Notes under the pieces: model-generated
Seen by the model: the letters and a program-made list of their open reading frames with translations, nothing else
Database searches by the model: none
What the model was told of the DNA's origin: nothing
Source of the DNA: Minisyncoccota bacterium
Lineage (GTDB): Bacteria > Patescibacteriota > Minisyncoccia > Phycocordibacterales > UBA1006
Length of the DNA: 64,000 nucleotides
Assembly: GCA_036405175.1 (NCBI GenBank)
Contig: DASWYC010000002.1
Span: forward strand, 123,429 to 187,428
Direction of reading: 5' to 3'
Shown here: piece after piece, positions 1 to 9,116 of the stretch
How positions within the stretch are numbered: position 1 is the first letter of the stretch
Layout: every line of letters starts with the position of its first letter
Made by a program: the position numbers and the translations under genes

Positions 1-474
1 ACAGAGCCTGTGACTCATTCATTGGTAGTAATGCTTGATAAAATTGAAGATCCGCATAACGTGGGAGCAATTGCGCGTACCGCGGTTGGAATGGGTGCTC
101 GTGCATTGATTATTCCTGAACATGGTCAGGCTCCAATAAGTGGAACGGTAATTAAAACATCAGTAGGAAGTATTTTTTCAATTCCAGTTATTAAGGTGAC
201 CAACTTGGCACGTACGCTTGAAGCATTTAAGCAGCGTAAATACTGGACCTATGGTCTTGATATGGGAGGTAAGCCTGTTGACGAGGTTGAATTTGCAGAA
301 AAGTCGGTCATTGTGATTGGTGGAGAAGGAGAAGGATTGCGCCAATTAACCGCAGAAACGTGTGATGAAGTAGTAAGCTTGCCAAAGTCTGAAGCACTTG
401 AATCATATAATGCATCAGTTTCAGGAGCAATGGCGATGTATGAATATAATCGGCAGACGGGACTTAATAAATAA
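1..474 (+). CDS. rlmB: TrmH/SpoU family RNA 2'-O-methyltransferase (RlmB-like), 5'-truncated by window edge
   Basis: SpoU motifs LDKIEDPHNVGAIARTA, VIGGEGEGLRQLT and ESYNASVSGAMAMYE; the frame is open from position 1. Confidence 0.85.
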   Translation, partial: TEPVTHSLVVMLDKIEDPHNVGAIARTAVGMGARALIIPEHGQAPISGTVIKTSVGSIFSIPVIKVTNLARTLEAFKQRKYWTYGLDMGGKPVDEVEFAEKSVIVIGGEGEGLRQLTAETCDEVVSLPKSEALESYNASVSGAMAMYEYNRQTGLNK

Positions 475-496
475 TTGAACGTTGCCATTTTAATAG

Positions 497-528
497 AATT
501 CGCCCAAGAGTTTCTTGGGCGAATTTTG
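497..528 (+). terminator. Intrinsic terminator-like hairpin
   Basis: AATTCGCCCAAGA-GTT-TCTTGGGCGAATT followed by Ts, just after the rlmB stop. Confidence 0.7.
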
Positions 529-637
529 TTCGTACTGCAAAGCTTTTGAGTCTAATGACAATAAAGAATTTGCTGGATTTTTTATGTCTGAAAACCTAAA
601 ATTTTAATAAATCTCTTGCTATACTATATCAAAAGCT

Positions 638-3166
638 ATGGCAACGCCGTTTAATCCCAATAAGATCTCAATCTTCGCCAAAACTAACTTTCGAGGAGAA
701 TCACGCCCTATTGGTATTAAGGCTATTGATCGTCTCCGTCACATGTATATCATCGGAAAATCAGGAGTAGGAAAATCTACCTTGATTGATAACATGGTGG
801 CTCAGGATATTATCAACGGTGACGGAATCGCTCTCCTTGATCCGCATGGGAGTTCGGCGGAAAAATCAATCAAATATGTTCCTGAACATCGTATTCAAGA
901 TGTGGTGTACTTTAATCCGGACGATGTTAATCATCCATTGGCATTTAATTTGATTGAAGACGTTCACCCAGATAAGCGTTCAAAAGTTGCAAACGGACTT
1001 CTTTCAATGTTGAAGAAAATTTGGCCTGATTCATTCTCGGCACGTATGGAGTATCTGACGATGAACATGTTGTTGCTCCTTTTGGAAAATCCTGGATCAA
1101 CTATTTTAGGTATTAACCGTGCATTCGCAGATAAAGAATTTTTGAACACACTCATTGCAAACATTAAAAGTCCGTCACTTCGTTCGGTATGGGTTGATGA
1201 GATTTTGAAGTACGATGAAAAGTTTTATCGTGAGGCAACCGCGCCGATTCAAAACAAAGTAGGACAGTTTATTTCTGATCCGATCATTCGTAATATTGTT
1301 GGGCAACCAAAATCATCATTTGATTTTAGTGGTATCATGAACAATCAGAAAATCTTCATTGCAAACCTTTCAAAAGGAAAGATTGATGAACAGAATGCGC
1401 GTTTGTTGGGAGGAATGCTGGTGACCAAAATTTATTTGGCAGCAATGGGGCGTGCAGATATTGCAGAAGAAGAACAGGCTAAATTGCCGCCATTCTATTT
1501 ATATGTAGATGAGTTTCAGAACTTTGCATCAGAATCATATGCAGACATTCTATCTGAGGCCCGTAAATACAAGTTGGGACTTACGATGGCACACCAGTAC
1601 GTTGCACAGCTTCCTGAGCCAGTGCGTGATGCGGTGTTTGGAAACGTGGGAACCATGGTGACATTTTTGACGGGAAACTTGGATGCAGAACTCTTTGAAA
1701 AGGAATTTTCTCCTATTTTCACTAAAGAAGATTTTACCAGCCTTGGATTTGCACAAATCTATTTGAAATTATTAATTGACGGAATTGCATCAGCGCCATT
1801 TTCTGGTCAGACTATTGCGCCATGGCCATATCCGGAGAATAAGTTTGTTCAGGAGGTACTAGAAAGTTCGCGCACCTTGTATGGACGTGACCGTACAGTG
1901 TTGGAGCAAGAAATTGCTGATTGGTTTAAGCCAATGCCAAATAAAAAAGATGCTGAGCATGAACGCTATATTCTTGAACGTCGTCTTGAGATTGAACAGC
2001 GTGGCGGTGTCTGGCGAGACAAAGAAACCGGACAAGCCATGCCAAAATTAAGTGAAGAAGAAATTGATGCGTATGAAAAAAAGCTCACTGATATTTTAGG
2101 TGGTGAGGTAACATTTAATCGTGAAAAATCTGCTGTGAGTGCCGTGCCTGCAGGAGATCCTCAAGCTAGTCAACAATCAGGATCTGCAACAACAGGATTG
2201 AGTGCATCAGCTATTGCGATTGCTCATCATTTGATTCCCAAAAAACAATCTGTTGAACCAGTGATTTCTGCACCCACTACCACTTCAGTACAGTCTCAAA
2301 CTGTAACAACTCAAACACAGCGCGTGACACATCAATATGTGGCGCCAATCGCTCAAAAAGTAGAAAAGCCTCCGCAACCCCAACGCCCTCAAGCGCATGA
2401 ACAGAAGCGTGAGAATATTCAACAAAATTCAGTAGCACCACAGAAACAGCATCAAAATAATTATCAGCAAAAACCTCAACCGCAAGTGCAGCAAAAACCA
2501 GCTCAACGAGATGAAGATCTGGTGGTAGATTTGCCTCCTAAAAAAGAACGAGTAAATGTTTCAAATGATCTTAAAAACTTATTATCCTCGATTTCAGATG
2601 ATCAGAATGATGATGTGGTATTCTCAGACATTGATACATCATTTGATGTGAAGCGGTCGTTTGCTAAACCTAAAGAACAAAAGATGACGAGCGTTCATAC
2701 TGAAAAAGAAGAAGGATCACATCGCAAGTTACAGGATATTTTGCATGAAAAAACGCCAGAAGAGGATGAGGGAATTAGTCTTTCTGATTTGTTGAATAAA
2801 TCAATCATGCATAGCGTGCAGAATAACACTAATAAAGCTCATGCGCGTGAAGCATTAAAGACCGATAAGGAATCTCTTTCTGCTACCTTGGCGCGTTTGG
2901 GTGTTCAGAAGAAGACTGCTGAAGAAAAAGTTGAGAATAAAAATTCAGACAGCGTTAGTATGGTTGAGAGTGTTGCAAAAGAAGAACCGGCGATGGCAGA
3001 GGTTCCGATGTCTCAAGTTGTTCGCGAAGAAAAGCCAGCTTCAAATGTGTCACATGCGAATAATGCCAAAAGCGAATATTATAAACAGTCTGAACCAGTA
3101 GTAGGATCACAGCCAGTTCCACGATATGTGCCAGATGACTTATTAAAAGCCATGCTGGAAGAATAG
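638..3166 (+). CDS. VirD4/TraG/HerA-like P-loop ATPase with long low-complexity C-terminal tail
   Basis: Walker A GKSGVGKS, LDPHG, Walker B YLYVDEFQNF, LSEARKY and AHQY motifs; Q/P/S/K-rich after ~aa 490. Confidence 0.85.
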   Translation: MATPFNPNKISIFAKTNFRGESRPIGIKAIDRLRHMYIIGKSGVGKSTLIDNMVAQDIINGDGIALLDPHGSSAEKSIKYVPEHRIQDVVYFNPDDVNHPLAFNLIEDVHPDKRSKVANGLLSMLKKIWPDSFSARMEYLTMNMLLLLLENPGSTILGINRAFADKEFLNTLIANIKSPSLRSVWVDEILKYDEKFYREATAPIQNKVGQFISDPIIRNIVGQPKSSFDFSGIMNNQKIFIANLSKGKIDEQNARLLGGMLVTKIYLAAMGRADIAEEEQAKLPPFYLYVDEFQNFASESYADILSEARKYKLGLTMAHQYVAQLPEPVRDAVFGNVGTMVTFLTGNLDAELFEKEFSPIFTKEDFTSLGFAQIYLKLLIDGIASAPFSGQTIAPWPYPENKFVQEVLESSRTLYGRDRTVLEQEIADWFKPMPNKKDAEHERYILERRLEIEQRGGVWRDKETGQAMPKLSEEEIDAYEKKLTDILGGEVTFNREKSAVSAVPAGDPQASQQSGSATTGLSASAIAIAHHLIPKKQSVEPVISAPTTTSVQSQTVTTQTQRVTHQYVAPIAQKVEKPPQPQRPQAHEQKRENIQQNSVAPQKQHQNNYQQKPQPQVQQKPAQRDEDLVVDLPPKKERVNVSNDLKNLLSSISDDQNDDVVFSDIDTSFDVKRSFAKPKEQKMTSVHTEKEEGSHRKLQDILHEKTPEEDEGISLSDLLNKSIMHSVQNNTNKAHAREALKTDKESLSATLARLGVQKKTAEEKVENKNSDSVSMVESVAKEEPAMAEVPMSQVVREEKPASNVSHANNAKSEYYKQSEPVVGSQPVPRYVPDDLLKAMLEE

Positions 3167-3209
3167 ATTTTTGAACTAATAAATAGATTCTTATTTTGAG
3201 ATACTTGCC

Positions 3210-3325
3210 CTGAGCGGATACTAAAAGCACTCGCGGAAGCTGCCATCAAGAAGTGCGCAGCACGACTATGATGGACAGCTGAGCGTAGGGCCGATAGAGC
3301 CCGGGTGTTTTTAGTATCCGCTCAG
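3210..3325 (+). repeat. Dispersed structured intergenic element, copy A
   Basis: 21-bp outer stem CTGAGCGGATACTAAAAGCAC/GTGTTTTTAGTATCCGCTCAG enclosing TCGCGGA, AAGAAG/CGACTA, GAGCGTA and GGGC-CGATAGA-GCCC; homologous to 18670, 28694 and 42093. Confidence 0.85.
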
Positions 3326-3392
3326 ATTAATTCACAAAAAGATTAGTTAAAATTTTCTTGAACTTAGAACATCTGTTACGTATGCTCATGAT

Positions 3393-4835
3393 ATGAGATA
3401 TGTTATTTATGCAATTCTGGTTGTGTGTGGTTTGTTTTCTGTGGTTCATGCAAGTGAAGCATTGGTTATTACTGAAATTATGTATGATGCCAAGGATGCT
3501 GATACTGATAAAGAATGGATTGAAGTTGTGACTGAAAGTTTGACCGCGCCGCTTGCTTCGATTCGACTCCAAGTGGGTGACAAGAAACATACACTCAAAA
3601 GTAATACGAGTGGCGATACGTTACCAAGCGGCGCGGTCTGTATTATTGCCCAATCAGAAACTAATTTTAAATTATTGTTTCCAAACTTTAGTGGGTGTAT
3701 TTTTGAGTCGGGATTTTCATTAACCAATCAATCGGGAAGTATAAAAATTGTACATGGAACGAGTGGTGAAGTGTATGGAGCTGCAGAGTATACAAGCGCA
3801 ATGGGTGCAGCTGGTGATGGGAACTCACTTACATTAGGGGGATCAGGGTTTGCAGGCAAAACACCGACCCCAGGCGTAGATTCTCGAGGTGGAGGGGATC
3901 AGGCGCCAGCTAATCCAGATAATACTTCTCAACCCACGCAACCTACAACACCATCTAACTCTGGAGTGGCAGAAGCAGTACAAATGAGTAATCCTCAGAC
4001 AGATTATAAAATTACAATTACGTCACCTAAATCGCTTTTTGAATATGAAACACTCCATATTCCGCTTACGGTGACCTTTAAGAGTGGCAGAGAGGTGCTT
4101 GAAATAAAAAGCGGGACACTCTACATATCATACGGAGACGGATCATTTGATGTAATTAATGATGGAAACTTTGCTTTAAAACATACGTATGAACATGCTT
4201 CAAATGTAACAATCAAGCTGTACTATTATTCATCACCATTGGCGAGTCTTGCCGACGCTGAAGCAACGGTTAAGCTAGAGGTAAAACAATTTCCGCTTAA
4301 TATTTTATATGGCGATAAACGAGAGCTGGTTATTACCAATAGCGATTCCATAGATTACAGCTTAACCGGATTCACTGTACAAACAGATACAACTCATGTG
4401 TATGAGTTTCCATTTGGTATGGTGGTTGCTGGTAAGGGAAGCATTGTCATTCCCTATGAGTTGCATGGGCTGCGTGGCGCGAATATCGTGCTCTATGATA
4501 AGCGTCATAAAAAGATCGTAACAACAGCAAGTCTTAATCCTACGGTTGAAAGTCTCATGGCTACTCAAGAGAAGGTGATGGAAGCAGTCTCACCGTTTAT
4601 TGAAACGCCTAGTGCGGATGCTGCATCTCAAGAAACATCAGGAGAGAGAATGATTGTTCAAGAAACGACTGCTCCAGGGCAAAAAAGCTCAAACAAGAAT
4701 GTAGGGCTTTATTTGGCACTCTTTGGGGCCGGAATACTCGTTTCATTTGCCATAGAATATACATCTAAGCTTATTGCACGCAAAAAAGCATCACCCGTGA
4801 AAGATGATGCTTTGATGGACGAACCACTCTTATAG
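3393..4835 (+). CDS. Surface protein with lamin-tail domain, PKD-like domain and C-terminal TM anchor
   Basis: Signal peptide, LVITEIMYD...EWIEV (lamin-tail), SYGDG...HTYEH (PKD-like), C-terminal hydrophobic helix. Confidence 0.7.
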   Translation: MRYVIYAILVVCGLFSVVHASEALVITEIMYDAKDADTDKEWIEVVTESLTAPLASIRLQVGDKKHTLKSNTSGDTLPSGAVCIIAQSETNFKLLFPNFSGCIFESGFSLTNQSGSIKIVHGTSGEVYGAAEYTSAMGAAGDGNSLTLGGSGFAGKTPTPGVDSRGGGDQAPANPDNTSQPTQPTTPSNSGVAEAVQMSNPQTDYKITITSPKSLFEYETLHIPLTVTFKSGREVLEIKSGTLYISYGDGSFDVINDGNFALKHTYEHASNVTIKLYYYSSPLASLADAEATVKLEVKQFPLNILYGDKRELVITNSDSIDYSLTGFTVQTDTTHVYEFPFGMVVAGKGSIVIPYELHGLRGANIVLYDKRHKKIVTTASLNPTVESLMATQEKVMEAVSPFIETPSADAASQETSGERMIVQETTAPGQKSSNKNVGLYLALFGAGILVSFAIEYTSKLIARKKASPVKDDALMDEPLL

Positions 4836-5663
4836 TACTGATGAGAGTGATAGGTATTCGTACAAATCAGCAGTTTCTTTAAGAAGAGTCTTAATCTCGT
4901 GAATATTTGCATCTGAGAGAGCGTTAATGCGATGAGTAAGATCTTCAAGCTGTGCAACGGTCTTAGGGGTTGCAAGTTCAGGATGTTCTTTAATGATAGA
5001 TTCTGATTCATTAAGGGTGTCTTTGATCGCACGGATGATTTGAGAATAATCTTGTGTGCTGCCATTTGGTCCAACCATAGAAGTGATGGCAAGCTGTTCC
5101 TCGTATTCTTGATTGCGCTTGAGCATATCATTTACCAAACTTTGTACAAAGCTAAGCACTTCGCTGCTGCTATCTTTGTTAATCATGAGCATTGAAAGTG
5201 CTGATTGATAGAGTCCAAGGATAGCCGTACTTGAAACGAGCGTTTCTTCTGGTTTGGTGGTTACATTTTCTTCAATAGAATTTGCGTATGCGGTATGGGC
5301 AGAAATCAATGAAGAGCGCATCTCTGGCGTAAATGCAACAGGATTCTTTACCAAGAGTGCAATATTATTTTGAATAAGAGTATTTTGGTATTGTGAAGCC
5401 GTATCAATATTGGTGAAATAGTTTAGATACAACCCAGAAACTACCACGACTACTGAAAATGCAGCGGCAACAACCTTTTGAGAAAAGATAAATGAAAAAA
5501 ATGGACTCGTAGTTTTTTTATGACGACGAATTTGGTGTTGCGCGAGTTTGGTGCGGAATTGATCGTTGAGTTTTTGTGACTCAGCTGCAGACAAAGAAAA
5601 ATATCCTTGCGCATTTTTGGCAAGTGATTCAAAGTTTTTGTTGTGAGGATTATGAGTATTCAT
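4830..5663 (-). CDS. Putative single-pass membrane anti-sigma factor
   Basis: ATG at 5663 overlaps the end of the ECF sigma gene; short basic N-terminus, one TM (VVAAAFSVVVVVSGLYL), helical extracytoplasmic part. Confidence 0.55.
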   Translation of the reverse strand: MNTHNPHNKNFESLAKNAQGYFSLSAAESQKLNDQFRTKLAQHQIRRHKKTTSPFFSFIFSQKVVAAAFSVVVVVSGLYLNYFTNIDTASQYQNTLIQNNIALLVKNPVAFTPEMRSSLISAHTAYANSIEENVTTKPEETLVSSTAILGLYQSALSMLMINKDSSSEVLSFVQSLVNDMLKRNQEYEEQLAITSMVGPNGSTQDYSQIIRAIKDTLNESESIIKEHPELATPKTVAQLEDLTHRINALSDANIHEIKTLLKETADLYEYLSLSSVL

Positions 5664-6174
5664 ACGTCTGGGATATTTTTTGGTACACCTCCTGAGCCTT
5701 GGCGAGTGCGCGGTGTGACAACACTGAAGCATTATTGAGACTGACACCGTAAATCTTGGCGATCTCTTCAATGGATAATTCATTAATATATCGCTTGATG
5801 AGAACATCTTGATATTTGGGTGAAAGCTGATCCATCACGCGGTTGAGAAGCGTCACATGTGTGACATCTTTCTCATTCTGCTTCTCGCTGACATCCATGT
5901 GATAGTCATCCATCATGGCATCCAGCGATACTGCTTTTTTCTTGCGAGAATGGTCAATAATAAGATTTTTTGCCACTTTGTATAAAAATGGACGGACGGT
6001 CTCAATAGTATGCTTCTCAAGGAAGTCATACGTTTTAATAAACACATCCGATGTGATATCCATCGCCACATCACGATCACGAACTCGCGCTACGACAAAC
6101 CGAAAGATTTCCTGCTGAAATTCATTGAAAATCTCAGAAATATCAAGGCTGTTTGATTGATTAAGTTCGCTCAT
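5650..6174 (-). CDS. ECF RNA polymerase sigma-70 factor
   Basis: Region 2 (DITSDVFIK, FLYKVAKNLIIDHSRK) and region 4 (LSPKYQDVL...LSIEEIAKIYGVS...RAL). Confidence 0.9.
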   Translation of the reverse strand: MSELNQSNSLDISEIFNEFQQEIFRFVVARVRDRDVAMDITSDVFIKTYDFLEKHTIETVRPFLYKVAKNLIIDHSRKKKAVSLDAMMDDYHMDVSEKQNEKDVTHVTLLNRVMDQLSPKYQDVLIKRYINELSIEEIAKIYGVSLNNASVLSHRALAKAQEVYQKISQTYEYS

Positions 6175-6181
6175 AAGTAGT

Positions 6182-6207
6182 GACGTATGAGAGGGGTACA
6201 CATTACA
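6182..6207 (-). promoter_or_regulatory. ECF-type (probably autoregulatory) promoter of the sigma gene
   Basis: TGTAAT-N16-CGTC on the minus strand, 7 nt before ATG 6174; resembles B. subtilis SigX/SigM/SigW consensus promoters. Confidence 0.55.
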
Positions 6208-6265
6208 CCCAAATGGGGTTTTGTATGCGCGTCAAATACCCTTAAATTATAGCAGGTTTTTATGA

Positions 6266-7366
6266 TTATTCTGCTTTCTTTCGGGTGCTCATGAAGCTGC
6301 CGATAATCCCAGCAGTTCCAATAATGAGAAGGATTACGGCAATCCATTCGCGGGCGGTATTTGGAAGATTGATTCCACGTTCACGTTCAATCGCTGTTTC
6401 TTCCACGATAGGTTTGGTTTCTTGAGTAAACACAGCATCATCTTGATATGATTCTTCAGTAATTGGTTCAGTTTCCTGAACAAATACATCATCAGGTACA
6501 TCTTGTGATACTTCTACCTCTGAACGATCGCGAGTGTTCAGGAATTGAGCCCAGACACGCTTAATCCAAGCCCAAATGCGTTCAAAAAAGTTTTGTGAAT
6601 GAGATTCATCGGTAATTATAGGATCTTCAAGATAAGGATCCTGACTATAGGTTTCATCTTCAGGGAAGAGCGGGGTAAGATCTTCAAACGTAGGAAGATG
6701 GTCATCTTCAAAAACTTCAGGCTCTGCAGTAACTGGCGCTGGTTCAATAATGGTTGGTTCAACCGCTGCAGGTTCGGGGATAACTATAACGGGCGATGAT
6801 CTCTTTGGTTGTGTATAGGTGTACCGAGGGGTTGGATCTTTAAGAGTGGTGAGTTCGCGCTTGTAAGTTGCAGCAGTCATATTGCATCCACGTGCAAGAA
6901 TACGGTATTCATAACGAGTATTTGGCACCAAGTTTTCAACCTTTACCACTTCTGCTTGGTGTGAACTTGAAAGAATAAGAATGTCTGATTGTCGATGATT
7001 TCTGTACACAGAAGCATTTAAAAGAATTTGAGTACGAACAATAGGGCAGGTTGACCCTTCAATAGAAACAGGAATATATGCATGGGTTATTCCAACAGAC
7101 TCCGGCTCACGAATAGACAGATTGAGTCCAAGGGTGCCAAACGCAGGATTTGAGTCCCAAGTGCTTATTATGGTGTTGAAAGAAGAATTAGTAAAAGGCT
7201 GATGAGAAACCTCTACATATCCATTAGGAAGAACACGGGTGTAGCGTGACTGGGTTCCATCATCCGCAGTAGTACTCGTAATTAAAAGCCCAAATGCAAG
7301 CATGATTAAGCCACCAGAAAATACAAGCGTATGGGGCGAACGGAGTGAGCGGGTTGAGAATTTCAT
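6266..7366 (-). CDS. Surface protein with FN3-like domain, acidic Pro/Glu linker and LPxTG-like sorting signal
   Basis: N-terminal hydrophobic segment, ENLVPNTRYEYRILA (FN3-like), C-terminus LPNTA + TM + RKKAE. Confidence 0.65.
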   Translation of the reverse strand: MKFSTRSLRSPHTLVFSGGLIMLAFGLLITSTTADDGTQSRYTRVLPNGYVEVSHQPFTNSSFNTIISTWDSNPAFGTLGLNLSIREPESVGITHAYIPVSIEGSTCPIVRTQILLNASVYRNHRQSDILILSSSHQAEVVKVENLVPNTRYEYRILARGCNMTAATYKRELTTLKDPTPRYTYTQPKRSSPVIVIPEPAAVEPTIIEPAPVTAEPEVFEDDHLPTFEDLTPLFPEDETYSQDPYLEDPIITDESHSQNFFERIWAWIKRVWAQFLNTRDRSEVEVSQDVPDDVFVQETEPITEESYQDDAVFTQETKPIVEETAIERERGINLPNTAREWIAVILLIIGTAGIIGSFMSTRKKAE

Positions 7367-7426
7367 AGATATCTTTATTGTGAGGAAAAATTCATACTCC
7401 ACAACTTGACGCCAGTCCTAAAGATT

Positions 7427-8215
7427 TTATATTTTTCGAGCTTGATTCCAGATAATATTAAATATTTGGCGATGAAGATCTGCAATCGTGCTGTTTTTAA
7501 TGATAACTGTTTCAAGTCCCTCATCCCAGGCGGTAAAAGAAACATAATCTCCCCAAATCGCTGTTTGGCAGTGGGGTTTATAAAGTTCTGGGGAATAGAG
7601 GCGAACTTCACGGAAACGCTCGTCAAGCTTTGTCTGAATTGCCTCGTCTTCACCATGGGGTGTACAGGGTAGGAGGAGTCGCACAAAGATATTCTTTTCT
7701 TTGCGTAATTGCCAAAAGTTAGAAAGCCTGCTGCGGCCACGCACAAAGTGTTTTGAGTCAGTGCCAAAACGGAGAATTTCTGAACCAGACGGTAAATCAA
7801 GTCCTCGCATAAAGCATTCAACTAAGCCGTCGTCACCTCGTAAGATTTCTGTTTCAATAGGTTCATGATCGCGCCACTGGGCGAACATTGTTTTCATTGA
7901 CGGTAAAACTTTACTGAGCGTCTCATACTTTTCCTGAAGCTGTCGTTCTTGCTGGGTAATATATTCAACAAGGGTGTCCGGTTTATCAATGTAGTAGAGT
8001 CGTTTACTGCCATGCGTTTGCACCGACACCACATGCTTTCGCACCAAGTCTTCAAGCGTATATACAATAGATGATCGAGGAAGACCGGTATCCGTCATGA
8101 TGTTTTTAATACTCGACAAATTGTTTTCAAAAAGATGATAAATAATCTGAACATCAGCGCGAGAGAAACCGATGCTATACAGCGCTTGCTTAACGTCATT
8201 AGGAATAACTTTCAT
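7427..8215 (-). CDS. TrmB-family transcriptional regulator
   Basis: N-terminal wHTH (IGFSRADVQIIYHL...TGLPRSSIVYTLEDLVRKHVV) and C-terminal IWGDYVSF...VIIKNSTIADLHRQIFNIIW. Confidence 0.8.
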   Translation of the reverse strand: MKVIPNDVKQALYSIGFSRADVQIIYHLFENNLSSIKNIMTDTGLPRSSIVYTLEDLVRKHVVSVQTHGSKRLYYIDKPDTLVEYITQQERQLQEKYETLSKVLPSMKTMFAQWRDHEPIETEILRGDDGLVECFMRGLDLPSGSEILRFGTDSKHFVRGRSRLSNFWQLRKEKNIFVRLLLPCTPHGEDEAIQTKLDERFREVRLYSPELYKPHCQTAIWGDYVSFTAWDEGLETVIIKNSTIADLHRQIFNIIWNQARKI

Positions 8216-8327
8216 ATGTATGCCTGATTTGTAGCATGGTTTGTTGGTAGCGCAAAGAGAAATGGTAACCAATTTTATTGTTGCCATCTTTGATTTTTTA
8301 AGGATGTTCGCGTATACTGACCTGGAT

Positions 8328-8579
8328 ATGTCAATTTTCTCAAATATTTTCGACAAAATGAAAAGCGGGGTAATGGAAAAATTGCTTGAAAAGCAACTTT
8401 CAAAATTGCCCCCTGAGCAGCGTGAAAAGGTAAAACAGGCGTTTATGAAAAACCCTGAATTATTTGAGAAAATTGCAAAAGAAATCGAGGCGCTCCAAAA
8501 GCAGGGGAAGAATCAAATGTTTGCATCAATGGAGGTGATGAAGAAATACGAGGATCAAATTCGTAAGGCGATGCAGTAA
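8328..8579 (+). CDS. Small helical hypothetical protein
   Basis: 83-aa K/E/Q/M-rich ORF with ATG shortly after a TATACT box. Confidence 0.7.
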   Translation: MSIFSNIFDKMKSGVMEKLLEKQLSKLPPEQREKVKQAFMKNPELFEKIAKEIEALQKQGKNQMFASMEVMKKYEDQIRKAMQ

Positions 8580-8683
8580 TTGATCAATTATAAAAAATAT
8601 GTATACTTCTTGTTAGGATATATAAATTTTTTATATTCCTGACATAGTTATCGGAAATAGCACTACCTATGGAGTGCTTTTTT
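8580..8683 (+). ncRNA. Candidate small RNA unit 1 (promoter-hairpin-terminator)
   Basis: TTGATC-N16-TATACT, hairpin TGTTAGGA...TCCTGACA, terminator AGCACT...AGTGCT-T5; no ORF. Confidence 0.35.
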
Positions 8684-8713
8684 ATTTGAATGAAGTATGT
8701 TTCCTTTGTCAAG

Positions 8714-8918
8714 TTGTACTTTTGGTCTAAGGGGATATACTAATGATGTACTGATCTTTACTAAGTGTTCTGATTGAGATTGATGATTGTTTTTCGAAAA
8801 ACATGACCCAATCTCTCTCATTCACTTATCAAAAGTTCTTTACGAATCCCAATTTGTAATTTCTACAAATTATATATAAAAAACCTTAATTCTTAGTGGA
8901 TTAAGGTTTTCTTTTTTA
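8714..8918 (+). ncRNA. Candidate small RNA unit 2
   Basis: TTGTAC-N16-TATACT, interrupted rod TAAGTG..GAGATTG..TGTTTTTCGAAAAACA..CAATCTC..CACTTA, terminator AAACCTTAAT...ATTAAGGTTT plus T-tract. Confidence 0.4.
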
Positions 8919-8927
8919 TTTAAAAAC

Positions 8928-9073
8928 TTGAAAAATAAAATAGACATACTATACTTTGAAGACCCAAAGTCCGGTCCGAGGTTGGTGGAAATCTTTTGCA
9001 GATTTTGCCAACCTCACAGGATATTATGATGGATAAATTTCCGCTCTAGAGTTTAGAGGGGATTTTTTATTTT
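8928..9073 (+). ncRNA. Candidate small RNA unit 3
   Basis: TTGAAA-N16-TATACT, hairpin GAGGTTGGTGGAAATC/GATTTTGCCAACCTC, terminator-like hairpin plus T-tract at 9035-9073. Confidence 0.4.
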
Positions 9074-9116
9074 AATTCTCGCAAAAAGACCTTATCTTTG
9101 CTATGATGAGAATATT

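Noticed and set aside
3210-3325. Dispersed elements as hammerhead ribozymes or classical MITEs
   Set aside because: No CUGAnGA/GAAA core in the right arrangement, termini are not conserved between copies, and no target-site duplication was seen.
8956-9036. 26-codon TTG-started ORF as a leuS leader peptide
   Set aside because: It starts immediately at the -10 box, has no Leu-codon run, and leuS has its own -10.
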